From a virus: a stretch of DNA of 64,000 nt. This document shows, one piece after another, positions 35,257-45,005 of the stretch. Each line of letters opens with the position of its first letter. Within the stretch, counting starts at the first letter, position 1. Both the position numbers and the translations under genes were made by a program. The stretch lies in the IMG/VR virus record IMGVR_UViG_3300029786_000322; one strand, given 5' to 3'. The notes under the pieces are model-generated. The model did no database searches. It saw only the letters and a list, made by a program, of their open reading frames with translations, and had not been told where the DNA came from.

Positions 35257-37073
35257 GAAAAGGACAGATTAAATTACTGGAAAAAGCAGAAAAAGAAGGA
35301 TTTACAGAAGAACAGCTGGCTGTATTACGTGGTAATCAGATGTTATACACTTTAGATTATTATTACTTTTTGCTGAAGCGTGGTGTTTCTGCTTCTGTAA
35401 TTAATGCAATCATCAAAGCTGGTGAAGGATGGGGAATGCATTCGTTTGGATTCCAGTTGATGGAATGTGGTTATTCATTGGAGGATATCCTTACATATAT
35501 TGAGAAAAGCAAAAAGCTGTTACTTAATCATAATTATTTTTACGAAGAGATCATGACAGGGAAAAGTAAAAATGAAACTGATGTGTCTTTGCGTAAAAGC
35601 TATGCAGAAACACTTATACAGATTCCCGAATTATTGAGTTGCCATGATCAATATATTACAAGGGCTGTCGAATTTGCAATCAATTCACGAATTTCAGTGA
35701 AAGATTTTATTGAGGAATTTTTCCCAAAGGAAGAGGATAGCTGGAAGGTCTTTAGAAACGGAAATTATAAAGATAGCCAGTATACCGCTTTACTTTCGTT
35801 TTGGCGTAACCATATTCCACATTTATCAGACTTGTTATTGCCCAATGACAACAGTTTGTTTTACGAGCAGAAAGAAGTAGCTTTGGAAGATCAGATGAAA
35901 CTTTTTATGGAAGCATGGAAAGCCCTTAACCATGTAACAGGGAAAGAACATTTCATTAAAATAAAAGACTGCCCCATGTACTACAGGAGTATTGACATTA
36001 ATAAGTCAGCAGTTAATATTGATCTGGCTTCGTCTTCTTATACAAATATTAACAATGGCGAATTCCATTTTGATGCACCGGAAGTATCTATGAAACTGGT
36101 CATTTTTCATTCCGGTGGATATTACTATAAGGGTTTCAAAGACCGGCTGTTTCCGCTTTCCTTAAAGAAATTAAGTTCCATATGGAATGATTATGGAAAT
36201 CTTGGAAAACAGGTGGTTGCATTCATCCTTGGACATGCAATGGAAAAATTAAATGCCCCGGTCATGAAGGATATCCTGCGAACATTTGAAAAAGATAATT
36301 TTATGCTGCTTCCAATCAGACTTATCGACTGCCGAGATTCGTATAATTACAATCATCTGCTTCAGAAGAGGTGGGTTGCTGCGGATAAGATCAACTGGAG
36401 CAGGACAGACGTCAACCTTGCTTACCTCGTAATTAAAAGTCTTCCGTACCTGGGACGTGAAATCGATAAAAAACGATTATTACAGACAAAAGATGCATCC
36501 CTGCTTGATGTGGTGGATTCTTCCTTCTGGAAGAGGAGATGGAACAACAAATGTATTTCCACTTTCCTCGGATGCTTTATTGCAGACGGTATCAGTGATG
36601 TGCCTGAAGACGGCGGTCTGAATAAGGTCAGAACCACAGCGGATGATTACATAAAAATGGCACACGAGATGCACCAAAAGGTTAAGCTTGGGTTCCGTAG
36701 CTGGAAGAAACTTAAGGATGCGCATGACAAAATATCAAAGAAATACAAAAATCGACTTCACCGGGTGCATGTTCCAAAGAACAGCAAGTTCAACCATCTG
36801 AGGGAACTGCTCCCGGAATCCTATGAATGGATCCGTACAGGCAGCCGTCTCCGCATGGAAGGTATTGAGATGGGACACTGTGTGAATTCTTACTGGCAAT
36901 ACATAAACCAGGATACCTGTGCCATATATTCCTTTACAGCAGGAGAAAAACGCTACACTGCAGAATTCCGTGTTGGCAGTAACGGGAAATATACGGTCCG
37001 GCAGATCCAGTCAAAGTATGACAGGGGATGTCCGGCTTCTGTCCGGAAACAGGTGGGTAAGTTGATTTCCTAA
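35253..37073 (+). CDS. hypothetical large protein, 606 aa (TTG start)
   Basis: Long clean ORF. A PcfJ-like assignment for the C-terminal region is possible but uncertain. Confidence 0.55.
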   Translation: MRKGQIKLLEKAEKEGFTEEQLAVLRGNQMLYTLDYYYFLLKRGVSASVINAIIKAGEGWGMHSFGFQLMECGYSLEDILTYIEKSKKLLLNHNYFYEEIMTGKSKNETDVSLRKSYAETLIQIPELLSCHDQYITRAVEFAINSRISVKDFIEEFFPKEEDSWKVFRNGNYKDSQYTALLSFWRNHIPHLSDLLLPNDNSLFYEQKEVALEDQMKLFMEAWKALNHVTGKEHFIKIKDCPMYYRSIDINKSAVNIDLASSSYTNINNGEFHFDAPEVSMKLVIFHSGGYYYKGFKDRLFPLSLKKLSSIWNDYGNLGKQVVAFILGHAMEKLNAPVMKDILRTFEKDNFMLLPIRLIDCRDSYNYNHLLQKRWVAADKINWSRTDVNLAYLVIKSLPYLGREIDKKRLLQTKDASLLDVVDSSFWKRRWNNKCISTFLGCFIADGISDVPEDGGLNKVRTTADDYIKMAHEMHQKVKLGFRSWKKLKDAHDKISKKYKNRLHRVHVPKNSKFNHLRELLPESYEWIRTGSRLRMEGIEMGHCVNSYWQYINQDTCAIYSFTAGEKRYTAEFRVGSNGKYTVRQIQSKYDRGCPASVRKQVGKLIS

Positions 37074-37172
37074 TCGGTACCGGAAACAAAACTGCCGTAA
37101 GGAAAACATGACATGCGGATTTTTATGTCATCCTTTAAATACGGAATAAGATCGGAGATTCGATAATAAATC

Positions 37173-37367
37173 ATGGGTTTTAAATTTGAAGAAAAAAACG
37201 TCAGCTTAAAATGCACTGAGTGCGGTCAGGATTACGAAGATACGCAGATAATTGTGAATGGTGTTCCGAGCTGCAAATTCCACATATGTCCGGAATGTAA
37301 AAGAAAAGTAATTGAAAAAGCTTTTGGAAAGATCAACGAAGTTAATAAGAAAGGTGATAGGAAATGA
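37173..37367 (+). CDS. small zinc-ribbon protein, 64 aa
   Basis: CTECG...CPECK. A pseudogene copy lies at 44845-44980. Confidence 0.5.
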   Translation: MGFKFEEKNVSLKCTECGQDYEDTQIIVNGVPSCKFHICPECKRKVIEKAFGKINEVNKKGDRK

Positions 37368-37699
37368 ATACATGTTTTTTGATTTTTGGAATTATTTTTA
37401 TAGTTGCTGGAATACTTCTCGAAATATACGGATTGGGTAGTCATAATAAGAGGCCTATTGCGGTTTGCGAAGGTATTACGCTTGTATTATTAGGTATTGG
37501 TATGTTCATAGAACGGAATGAAAAATCGCCTTATGAAATACAGGCAGAACTTGAGTCGGAAGCTATTGAAAACTATGATAACGGTTCAGAAGTTTATATC
37601 AATGGCAAGAAAACCGATGACATAGACATTAACGGTATTAATCTTGATAGATACAATATTAAAATCAAGGAAGGAAAAATTTACCTGATTGATAAATAA
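37364..37699 (+). CDS. membrane protein, paralog of the 27752 gene's C-terminal domain
   Basis: Overlapping ATGA start, two TM helices, shared C-terminal motif. Confidence 0.5.
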   Translation: MNTCFLIFGIIFIVAGILLEIYGLGSHNKRPIAVCEGITLVLLGIGMFIERNEKSPYEIQAELESEAIENYDNGSEVYINGKKTDDIDINGINLDRYNIKIKEGKIYLIDK

Positions 37700-37707
37700 G
37701 CAGCCAA

Positions 37708-37750
37708 AACACAGTTCCATATTCATGATATAGGACTGTGGTTTTTTTTG
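37708..37750 (+). terminator. rho-independent terminator
   Basis: CACAGTTCC...GGACTGTG followed by T8. Confidence 0.7.
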
Positions 37751-37780
37751 TAAGAAAATAAATAAAATTTTAAATTTCCT

Positions 37781-37807
37781 TTGACGAATTTTGAGATGGA
37801 TAAATAT
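37781..37807 (+). promoter_or_regulatory. conserved promoter-like element copy 9 (degenerate: GGATAAATAT)
   Basis: TTGACG with the same 11-nt spacing, but the downstream box is diverged. Confidence 0.4.
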
Positions 37808-37902
37808 ATATACAGAAGATAAAAATTGCCATACAGGAGACAGAACGCATAGAATTTTCTGCCATCCTTTAAATATCAGAAAATTAAAGGAGAATAATTT
37901 CC

Positions 37903-39348
37903 ATGAAAGAAAAATTTTTCCACCAGCTTCTTTCCATGTTTAGGGTAACACCGGAATATCCGGAAACGCTTATCCCGTCCGTAGAGGAAACCGCAAGAAT
38001 TTTAAAAACAAACCCGGAAATATATAAGAGATTTGAGAATGCCTACCAGACTTCAGATGCTATAGGTATTCCCGGCTATCCCGTAAATGCAAAACAGGCT
38101 GCCAGAGAAAAAGAGGGAGTGGATACATCTGCTCCGGATCTTTCCTCTCTTATGAACAGGATCGTTAGAGAGTTGGAAAACGATACTTTTATCTGGCAGT
38201 ACACGGATGGAACTGTTTCCCCATTTAGTATCAACATTCCGGAAATAACAGAAATACCGGAACCTGTAACGGTGGAAGAGTTAAACATTGTTCCAAGGGA
38301 ATACCGCCCACAGCTTGCCGGGAATATCGTCTGCAGGGGCTGGAATGACCATGCAGGGCGGCAGGCTGCATACTGGTATAATCTTGCAGTTAGTGAAAAA
38401 TCAGAAAAGAAAAGGGAAGAAGCTTATTCCATGTTCCGGAAAAGTCTGGATATCCTTAACCCTGATCCTGTTACATACAAAATGATCGGGATGCATGTCA
38501 ATTCCATGGGTTACTGGCTTCCAAAGATGGTGAATGCCATAAAGGAAGACGGCTTCTTTAAAATTCCAGACACAACAATCATTAAAATCCCGCTTCCTCT
38601 GTTACAGCTCACATTTCTGGAATACAGCGACATTAACCGTACAACCCTTGATATCGTTGATGATTACTGCAGGAAGGTTTTTTCGTTGGACGAGACAAAG
38701 GAATACTTCATTAAAACCGGAGTTTTTTCATCCAAATATGATTTCAGAAATGCCCGTGTAAGTGGGTCAAAGGAAGTCCGTGAACTTGGCGAATACCTGC
38801 TGTATATCCATGGATTTTCAAGGGTTGTTGGTGGCCCAACATCCTATGGTGCTGCCACAACTAACGAGTGGGTGGTTCGTGACTTTATTCCGGACACAGA
38901 GAATAACCCAACGATCTACCATGGTCTGCCGCTCCATACGGAATACCGGGTATTTGTGGATTTTAATGCTACAGATCCCTTTGAGCAGGTGCTTGGTATC
39001 AGTCCGTATTGGGAACCAAAAACCATGAAAAATCATTTCATGCCTCTTGTAGAAGGTCGCAGTGGAATGAATCCGGATGCATACCATGACTACTGCACGT
39101 ATTCCGTTGCCGAGGAAAAACTGATGAAGAGGTACGAAGAAAACAAGGAGAGAGTTCTGGATCATGTTTTGAATATCGTCCGCTGCAATGAACAGATGCA
39201 CGGACAGTGGTCCATGGATATTATGCAGAATGGAAATGATTTCTGGTTTATCGACATGGCAACAGCAAGTGAATCTGCATTAAAAGAATGTATTCCGAAA
39301 GGAAAATTAAAAAAGATGAAAGAAAACTGGATTCCGGAGATCAGATAG
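37903..39348 (+). CDS. hypothetical protein, 481 aa
   Basis: RBS AAAGGAGAATAATTTCCATG. Confidence 0.65.
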   Translation: MKEKFFHQLLSMFRVTPEYPETLIPSVEETARILKTNPEIYKRFENAYQTSDAIGIPGYPVNAKQAAREKEGVDTSAPDLSSLMNRIVRELENDTFIWQYTDGTVSPFSINIPEITEIPEPVTVEELNIVPREYRPQLAGNIVCRGWNDHAGRQAAYWYNLAVSEKSEKKREEAYSMFRKSLDILNPDPVTYKMIGMHVNSMGYWLPKMVNAIKEDGFFKIPDTTIIKIPLPLLQLTFLEYSDINRTTLDIVDDYCRKVFSLDETKEYFIKTGVFSSKYDFRNARVSGSKEVRELGEYLLYIHGFSRVVGGPTSYGAATTNEWVVRDFIPDTENNPTIYHGLPLHTEYRVFVDFNATDPFEQVLGISPYWEPKTMKNHFMPLVEGRSGMNPDAYHDYCTYSVAEEKLMKRYEENKERVLDHVLNIVRCNEQMHGQWSMDIMQNGNDFWFIDMATASESALKECIPKGKLKKMKENWIPEIR

Positions 39349-39357
39349 GGGGAAACT

Positions 39358-40059
39358 ATGAAAATTATTTATTCTAAATATACATTTGAAGAAGTCCACA
39401 ATACAAGAAGAAAATGGTTATCTGATGAACCTGGTACTTCGCATGAAAAAATAAAAATTGTATTACGATCCTTTCCATTTTTAGTTTATTTTTTATTTTG
39501 TGAGTATATCCTTCTCAAGTATACCCTTCTCATTAACATATTTGATTATTCACAGCCGCTGGCTTATAGAAATGTTATGAGGAAAATAATGAACCTTGAT
39601 ATTTATAAAAACGCAGGGGTTTATACGAAGTTTTCAATCGATATACTATCGTACATATGTTATATGAGCGCTATTGGCATTGCATTATGTCTAATAGCGA
39701 TACTAATTTGCAAAATATATAAAAATATTGTATGCAGAATTATACCAATCAGTACGCCATGTATAGATAGAAATAAGAAAAATCGATACGGGTATGATAA
39801 AACAATTGATATTGAAAAATTACTTGAAAGACAGAAAATGTTAAAAGAATTTATCAGTGATCACAATGCAGTATTTGTTCTAACAGGGAACGTGTTAAAA
39901 GTGACAATTTGTGAAGATGGATATTGCGAAGAAAAGTCTTTCCAGTTATCAGAGACAGAAGCAGAAAACATTCGGGAAAATGGGACATTTGATTTTTCTT
40001 ATCTTGATGAAGAATGGGAAAAAATAATGTCGTACATACGAGGAGAAGAGAAAATATGA
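39358..40059 (+). CDS. membrane protein, 233 aa
   Basis: Several hydrophobic helices. Confidence 0.5.
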   Translation: MKIIYSKYTFEEVHNTRRKWLSDEPGTSHEKIKIVLRSFPFLVYFLFCEYILLKYTLLINIFDYSQPLAYRNVMRKIMNLDIYKNAGVYTKFSIDILSYICYMSAIGIALCLIAILICKIYKNIVCRIIPISTPCIDRNKKNRYGYDKTIDIEKLLERQKMLKEFISDHNAVFVLTGNVLKVTICEDGYCEEKSFQLSETEAENIRENGTFDFSYLDEEWEKIMSYIRGEEKI

Positions 40060-40634
40060 ACAGTGAAATATTTAGAGTAGGTCAAACCTACAGTTTCATG
40101 GGTTACGATTGGACGGCCTGTGAGCTGATCAATAAAGGTAAAACCCTTGTGATTCAGTCCCATGGTGTAACCCATGGGGAATGGCCGGGCTTTGTAATGC
40201 CACAGTTTGGCAATGGTAATTACTATGCTGATTCCATTGATGGACAGGATATCAGTGCCTATGACAACAAGATGCAGGCACTCTACGATGCCATCAAGGA
40301 TGCTGAGGATTCATCCACTTCCTATGGTAAGGGATTGTTTCTTATTAGCAAAGAAAAAGTCGGTTTTACGGAATGGGGTAAATCTGGTTCCGGAAATTAC
40401 TGGCAGGCTTTGAAAAAAACAGCGGAAAACGCCTGTTCGTTCGGGTCTCCCGACAACTATGCGTGGCTTGGTACCGTCTACGGTAGCGGCGGCGCGTGGT
40501 ATGTCAACTCGAATGGCGGCGTCTCCTACAACGATCAGAGCGACGACTATGTGGTCGCGCCCGCTTTTAATCTCGACTTATCCAAAGTTGAGGTTGTTGA
40601 AAATCAAATTGTCAAAATAAGGTTAGAAAGGTGA
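40056..40634 (+). CDS. hypothetical protein, tandem paralog A
   Basis: About 60% identical to 40631-41257 (WTACELINKGKTLVIQSHGVTHG...VAPAFNLDLSK). GGAGAAG RBS. Confidence 0.6.
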   Translation: MNSEIFRVGQTYSFMGYDWTACELINKGKTLVIQSHGVTHGEWPGFVMPQFGNGNYYADSIDGQDISAYDNKMQALYDAIKDAEDSSTSYGKGLFLISKEKVGFTEWGKSGSGNYWQALKKTAENACSFGSPDNYAWLGTVYGSGGAWYVNSNGGVSYNDQSDDYVVAPAFNLDLSKVEVVENQIVKIRLER

Positions 40635-41257
40635 AAAATATGAATAGTCAAATTACAAAAAATAACAATGTTTTAGAACTCGGAAAAACATACCAATTTG
40701 CCGGTTATAAATGGACAGCCTGTGAACTGATCAATAAAGGTAAAACTCTTGTGATCCAGTCCCATGGTGTAACCCATGGCGCATGGCCGGGATATGTAAT
40801 GCCGCAGTTCGGCAACGGGAATTTTTATGCAGCAGATATTGATGGCGAGGATATTAGTGCCTACGATGACAAGATGCAGACACTCTACGATGCCATCAAG
40901 GAGGCTGAGGATTCATCCGCTTCCTATAGTAAGGGATTGTTTCTTATTAGCAAAGAAAAAGCCGGTTTTACGGAATGGCGTGAACCCGGCTCTGGAAATT
41001 ACTGGCAGGCTTTGAAAGAGGCTGCGATGAATTATCAGTCGTTCGGGGCTGCCGACGGCATCGCGTCGCTCGGTACTGTCAACGGCAGCAACAACGCGTG
41101 GTATGTCTACTCGGATGGCTACGTCTACAACGACGAAAATCAGGACTACGACTTTGTTGTCGCGCCCGCTTTTAATCTCGATTTATCCAAAATAGAGATT
41201 GTTGGGGACGAGATTATCATTATGCATAAAGAAAATTTTAAAGATGAAGAAAAATAA
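40631..41257 (+). CDS. hypothetical protein, tandem paralog B
   Basis: See paralog A. Confidence 0.6.
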   Translation: MKNMNSQITKNNNVLELGKTYQFAGYKWTACELINKGKTLVIQSHGVTHGAWPGYVMPQFGNGNFYAADIDGEDISAYDDKMQTLYDAIKEAEDSSASYSKGLFLISKEKAGFTEWREPGSGNYWQALKEAAMNYQSFGAADGIASLGTVNGSNNAWYVYSDGYVYNDENQDYDFVVAPAFNLDLSKIEIVGDEIIIMHKENFKDEEK

Positions 41258-41402
41258 TATAATGAATTACGTTTTAAATTTATGGCGAAAAATCCACAGG
41301 CTTGCCTGTGGGATGAAAGCTACATTTTTCACTTACTTGTTTCAACAGTTGGACACATAAGTGAAACTACAGTGATCAAATACATTGAGGAGCAGAAAAC
41401 AC

Positions 41403-42791
41403 ATGGATGCTGACGAGTACAAAAAACTTCTGAAAAAATTTCATAAACTTTCTGACAGGCATATCCTGGTCGCTGAGACGGATATGTCTTATCCTGATGT
41501 GCAGAAGGTCGTAAATTTCTCCGGCAGGATCCGGAAAGCTGGCAATGAGCTTGTTGGTGTCATGAAAAAGAATTATGAACAGCTCATGCGTACCAAAAAG
41601 TACCGCAAGATGCTCCAGCTGTATGGCTCCACTGAGGACAAAAACAAACGCAAAACATATGCCGGACAGCTCAACGAAATGCAGGAACAGTATAATCTCA
41701 CAAAGGAGTCCTGCCGGACGTTGATGATACCCATTGGCAAGAAGTACGGCATTGATGCCATATTTGCCCTCGCGAAAGCCGAGGACGTGTGGCGAGGTGT
41801 TGAAAAATGCCTTTACGGGAATGGAAGGATGCTTCATTTCTCCAGATATGGAGACTTTCCATGCATCAGGGCAAAGCAGATCAACCGCGGCGTCCCGATG
41901 CCCGTAAAAAACGATGAACTGAAGTTTAAGCTGGGAAAATTAGTTTTCGGGATACAGGTCAAAGACCGGTTCCAGACAGACGAAGTCAATGCCGTCCTGG
42001 ATTATCTGGCACAGCCGGAAGTCATAGACAACAAGGCAGTAAAGACTCTTCAGGATGAAGCGTGCTGTATCAGCACGTACCGGCCTTGCTACGCAACGCT
42101 CGTACCGAAATTCATCCGTGGGAAATACAGGGTGTACCTGCATCTCGTCATCGAAGGAAAGGCAAAACCGAAGTACGACAGTTCCGGCAATCCGCGGCAT
42201 AAATACGGCAGGGGCGTCGTTGGTGCGGACATTGGCACACAGACGATAGCCTATACTTCCGATACAGAGACAGGACTTAAAAACTTATCGGAAAGAGGCA
42301 ACAGCATACAGAAATCCGAACGTCTGGAAAGACTGTATTACCGCGCCATGGACCGAAGCAGACGTGCCACGAATCCGGAGAATTACAACGCCGATGGCAC
42401 CATTAAGAAAGGGAAGAAGAAGTGGACTTACTCCAGGCATTACAAAAAGCTGAAGGCAAAACATGCGGAACTCTGCCGCATAAATGCCACAAACAGGCAG
42501 CTTGCCATAAATGAGGATGTAAACCACCTGCGTTGTCTCGGAGATACATTTGTCACGGAACCTAAAAATGCAGCCAGGCTCATGAAACGGGCGAAAGAGA
42601 CAACTGTTAATAACAAAGGCAAGATCAACAGGAAGAAACGTTTTGGAAAGTCGGTAAAGAACCGGTGCCCGGGCGGTTTCCAGGCTGCCGTGGAAAATAA
42701 GTTCAAAACATCCGGCGGTACATATATAGAAGTACCCAATAATTACAGGGCAAGCCAGTATGACCACACGGCAGATGATTACATAAATTAG
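41403..42791 (+). CDS. tnpB: TnpB-like RuvC-fold protein, truncated by an insertion (lacks RuvC-III and the C-terminus)
   Basis: RuvC-I VVGADIGTQTIAYTSD and the central region FQAAVENKFKTSGGTYIEVPNNYRASQYDH. The frame stops right after a 217-bp segment that is repeated at 43153-43370. Confidence 0.6.
   Translation: MDADEYKKLLKKFHKLSDRHILVAETDMSYPDVQKVVNFSGRIRKAGNELVGVMKKNYEQLMRTKKYRKMLQLYGSTEDKNKRKTYAGQLNEMQEQYNLTKESCRTLMIPIGKKYGIDAIFALAKAEDVWRGVEKCLYGNGRMLHFSRYGDFPCIRAKQINRGVPMPVKNDELKFKLGKLVFGIQVKDRFQTDEVNAVLDYLAQPEVIDNKAVKTLQDEACCISTYRPCYATLVPKFIRGKYRVYLHLVIEGKAKPKYDSSGNPRHKYGRGVVGADIGTQTIAYTSDTETGLKNLSERGNSIQKSERLERLYYRAMDRSRRATNPENYNADGTIKKGKKKWTYSRHYKKLKAKHAELCRINATNRQLAINEDVNHLRCLGDTFVTEPKNAARLMKRAKETTVNNKGKINRKKRFGKSVKNRCPGGFQAAVENKFKTSGGTYIEVPNNYRASQYDHTADDYIN
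42570..42788 (+). repeat. direct repeat copy 1 (about 217 bp, tnpB internal segment)
   Basis: Near-identical to 43153-43370. The two copies flank a roughly 365-bp insert. Confidence 0.7.
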
Positions 42792-42812
42792 AGTTGTAGA
42801 AAGGATATATGA

Positions 42813-43193
42813 ATGATTCTAACAGAACATGAACAGGTAATTATTAACAATATGAGACACCCATCAATTCGTACAGTAACGGCGAGCAAATCGTATAAAG
42901 ATTTATCCGATGAAGAGCTTACTTCACTAATTGGCAAAATAGATGACTATGTGAATGAAATTGGTGAAACACAGAGAGCTTTCGGTAATTATGATGAATT
43001 TTACGTATTAGAATTTGATTCGATTAAGGCTCATCTAGTAGATGAATGTCAACGCAGAAAAATTATGCTTAGAATGCAAGGCGATAAATTTGACGTTTAT
43101 CGAAAAGAATATAATGAAATAGTAAATAGCGCAATGAATCATCCTGTTGGATGCAGCCAGACTCATGAAACGGGCGAAAGAGACAACTGTTAA
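42813..43193 (+). CDS. hypothetical ORF inside the insert that splits tnpB
   Basis: 126 aa, RBS AAAGGATATATGAATG. Its end runs into repeat copy 2. Confidence 0.35.
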   Translation: MILTEHEQVIINNMRHPSIRTVTASKSYKDLSDEELTSLIGKIDDYVNEIGETQRAFGNYDEFYVLEFDSIKAHLVDECQRRKIMLRMQGDKFDVYRKEYNEIVNSAMNHPVGCSQTHETGERDNC

Positions 43194-43596
43194 TAACAAA
43201 GGCAAGATCAACAGGAAGAAACGTTTTGGAAAGTCGGTAAAGAACCGGTGCCCGGGCGGTTTCCAGGCTGCCGTGGAAAATAAGTTCAAAACATCCGGCG
43301 GTACATATATAGAAGTACCCAATAATTACAGGGCAAGCCAGTATGACCACACGGCAGATGATTACATAAAAAAGAAGCTGTCCGACAGGATGTATAAACT
43401 TACAGACGGGACACTGGTACAAAGGGACTGGTACTCATCATTCCTGTTGTACTGCTACAATTACAGAACCAATGATATAGATAAAAAGAAATGTGCTGCA
43501 GAATTTAAAAAATGCTACAGCATGGAAAAGGAATTAATTGAATGGATCAAAAAACATAAGATCAAAGTGCTGAACAGCGGAATTAAAACCGCTTGA
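43147..43596 (+). pseudogene. tnpB: displaced C-terminal fragment of tnpB, including the RuvC-III-like QRDWYSSF region
   Basis: In frame with the repeat. Continues ...HTADDYIKKKLSDRMYKLTDGTLVQRDWYSSF, which aligns to the TnpB C-terminus. Confidence 0.5.
43153..43370 (+). repeat. direct repeat copy 2
   Basis: See copy 1. Confidence 0.7.
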
Positions 43597-44023
43597 CTAT
43601 ATGTTCGTAGGGAGACTGACTATGCTTCCTTGTCGCCAGACAGAAATTTACTGAAAAACAACTAGCTTTCTTTACATAATAATGTGGCCGTAGGGCTGCA
43701 TGGTAATAAAGTCCTTGCTTGAAATAGACTTATACCTGTATTCCAAAGCCTGCAAATGGTGTACGATTACAGGCAAAACTTGAGAGCAAGAACCCCACAG
43801 GCTTGCCTGTGGAAGTAGTCAGTTATGCCGTATTAAACGATTGTCCTCCTGGAACAACGACATATTTTTTTGTTGAAAAAATGTTCAGAAGAAAAATCAA
43901 ATGAGAATATTAGAGATAACATTCTTAAATCAAGTAACACTTATAGTTTCATGGAGAGATAGGTTAACTACTCCTGACAATGCAGGAGACTTTTTCTTAG
44001 ATATTTTATTAAATAAATGACCG

Positions 44024-44059
44024 ATAGCCTTGTGTTTTTTACACAGGGCTATTTTTTTC
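44024..44059 (+). terminator. rho-independent terminator
   Basis: ATAGCCTTGTGT-tttttt-ACACAGGGCTAT followed by T7. Confidence 0.6.
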
Positions 44060-44098
44060 TAATTTCGCAAAAATTTTTAAAAACTTTTCAAGATTTCT

Positions 44099-44125
44099 TT
44101 GACGATTTTTCAAATGACGCAATAT
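44099..44125 (+). promoter_or_regulatory. conserved promoter-like element copy 10
   Basis: TTGACG-N11-GACGCAATAT. Confidence 0.55.
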
Positions 44126-44168
44126 CTATAGTGTAAGGATAAAAATGCGAAGTACAAGGAGGAAAAAT

Positions 44169-44801
44169 ATGGGAAAATTAAAGAAAATTGTTGTATCAGC
44201 ACTGATTGTCGGCATGTTGTGCGCATGTACCGGGTGCGGGTTGTTTGATAGTGAGGTTAATGAGTTGAACGGAACGATAAAAGGAAATACCTATAATATT
44301 TCCTTTTATTCCAATGAAGGAGAGAAATTCATGGAAATGTCCGGTCAGAAGATTGACATGAATTCGAATACTGTTGAAGAACCTACATATACGGATAGCG
44401 GGTGGGGATATACCCAGACTCTTTCCAGTGTAGTCACAATTACTGTAGATGGCAAGGAAGTTGAAAGTTGTGGAACTACAATGTTGTTTGCAGAAAATGG
44501 CCTGTCGCCGGATGTTGATTTTACACAGCCGGATAAAATTAACAGTAAGACGGATGGGAAGCTGTCTGATAATACTATCATTGCCAAGACGGTAAATAAA
44601 TATAAAAACTATTTTGGAAAGTCTAGGATTGTAGTCATTCAATCACAGCTTGGAGATCCAATCTGCGCATATTCCGGGGATGAAGTGTATTGGAAAGTGT
44701 GCAAGGACCTACCAAAGACAACAAAACTGATGGTTGATGGAAGGGCGTTGTATATCCACCGTGCGAATTTCCAGATCATCGACAAAGCACTTCTTAAATA
44801 A
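44169..44801 (+). CDS. lipoprotein, about 210 aa
   Basis: AAGGAGG RBS. Signal peptide with a lipobox-like LCACTGC. Confidence 0.6.
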   Translation: MGKLKKIVVSALIVGMLCACTGCGLFDSEVNELNGTIKGNTYNISFYSNEGEKFMEMSGQKIDMNSNTVEEPTYTDSGWGYTQTLSSVVTITVDGKEVESCGTTMLFAENGLSPDVDFTQPDKINSKTDGKLSDNTIIAKTVNKYKNYFGKSRIVVIQSQLGDPICAYSGDEVYWKVCKDLPKTTKLMVDGRALYIHRANFQIIDKALLK

Positions 44802-44844
44802 CGGGAGAAAAATAATGGAAATTCATAAAAGAAACGTTGTGATC

Positions 44845-44980
44845 AAATGTCATGAGTGAGGTCGGGATTACGAAGATACGCAGATAATTGTGAATGGTAT
44901 TCCGTGCTGCAAATTTCATGTATGTCCGGAATGTAAAAGAAAATTAGTTGAGGCAGTTTTTGGGAACCACGGAAATAACA
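44845..44980 (+). pseudogene. zinc-ribbon gene copy with a premature TGA (paralog of 37173-37367)
   Basis: AAATGTCATGAGTGAGGTCGG versus AAATGCACTGAGTGCGGTCAGG. A TGC to TGA change creates a stop. Confidence 0.5.
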
Positions 44981-45005
44981 TAAAATAACATAAGGAAGTG
45001 AATGT

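Larger units (their letters stand above)
41280..43830 (+). mobile_element. IS200/IS605-family-like non-autonomous element (tnpB only, interrupted), bounded by matching subterminal hairpins
   Basis: Hairpin CCACAGGCTTGCCTGTGG occurs at 41294-41312 and at 43794-43812. A tnpB-like gene lies in between and there is no Y1 tnpA. Confidence 0.45.
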
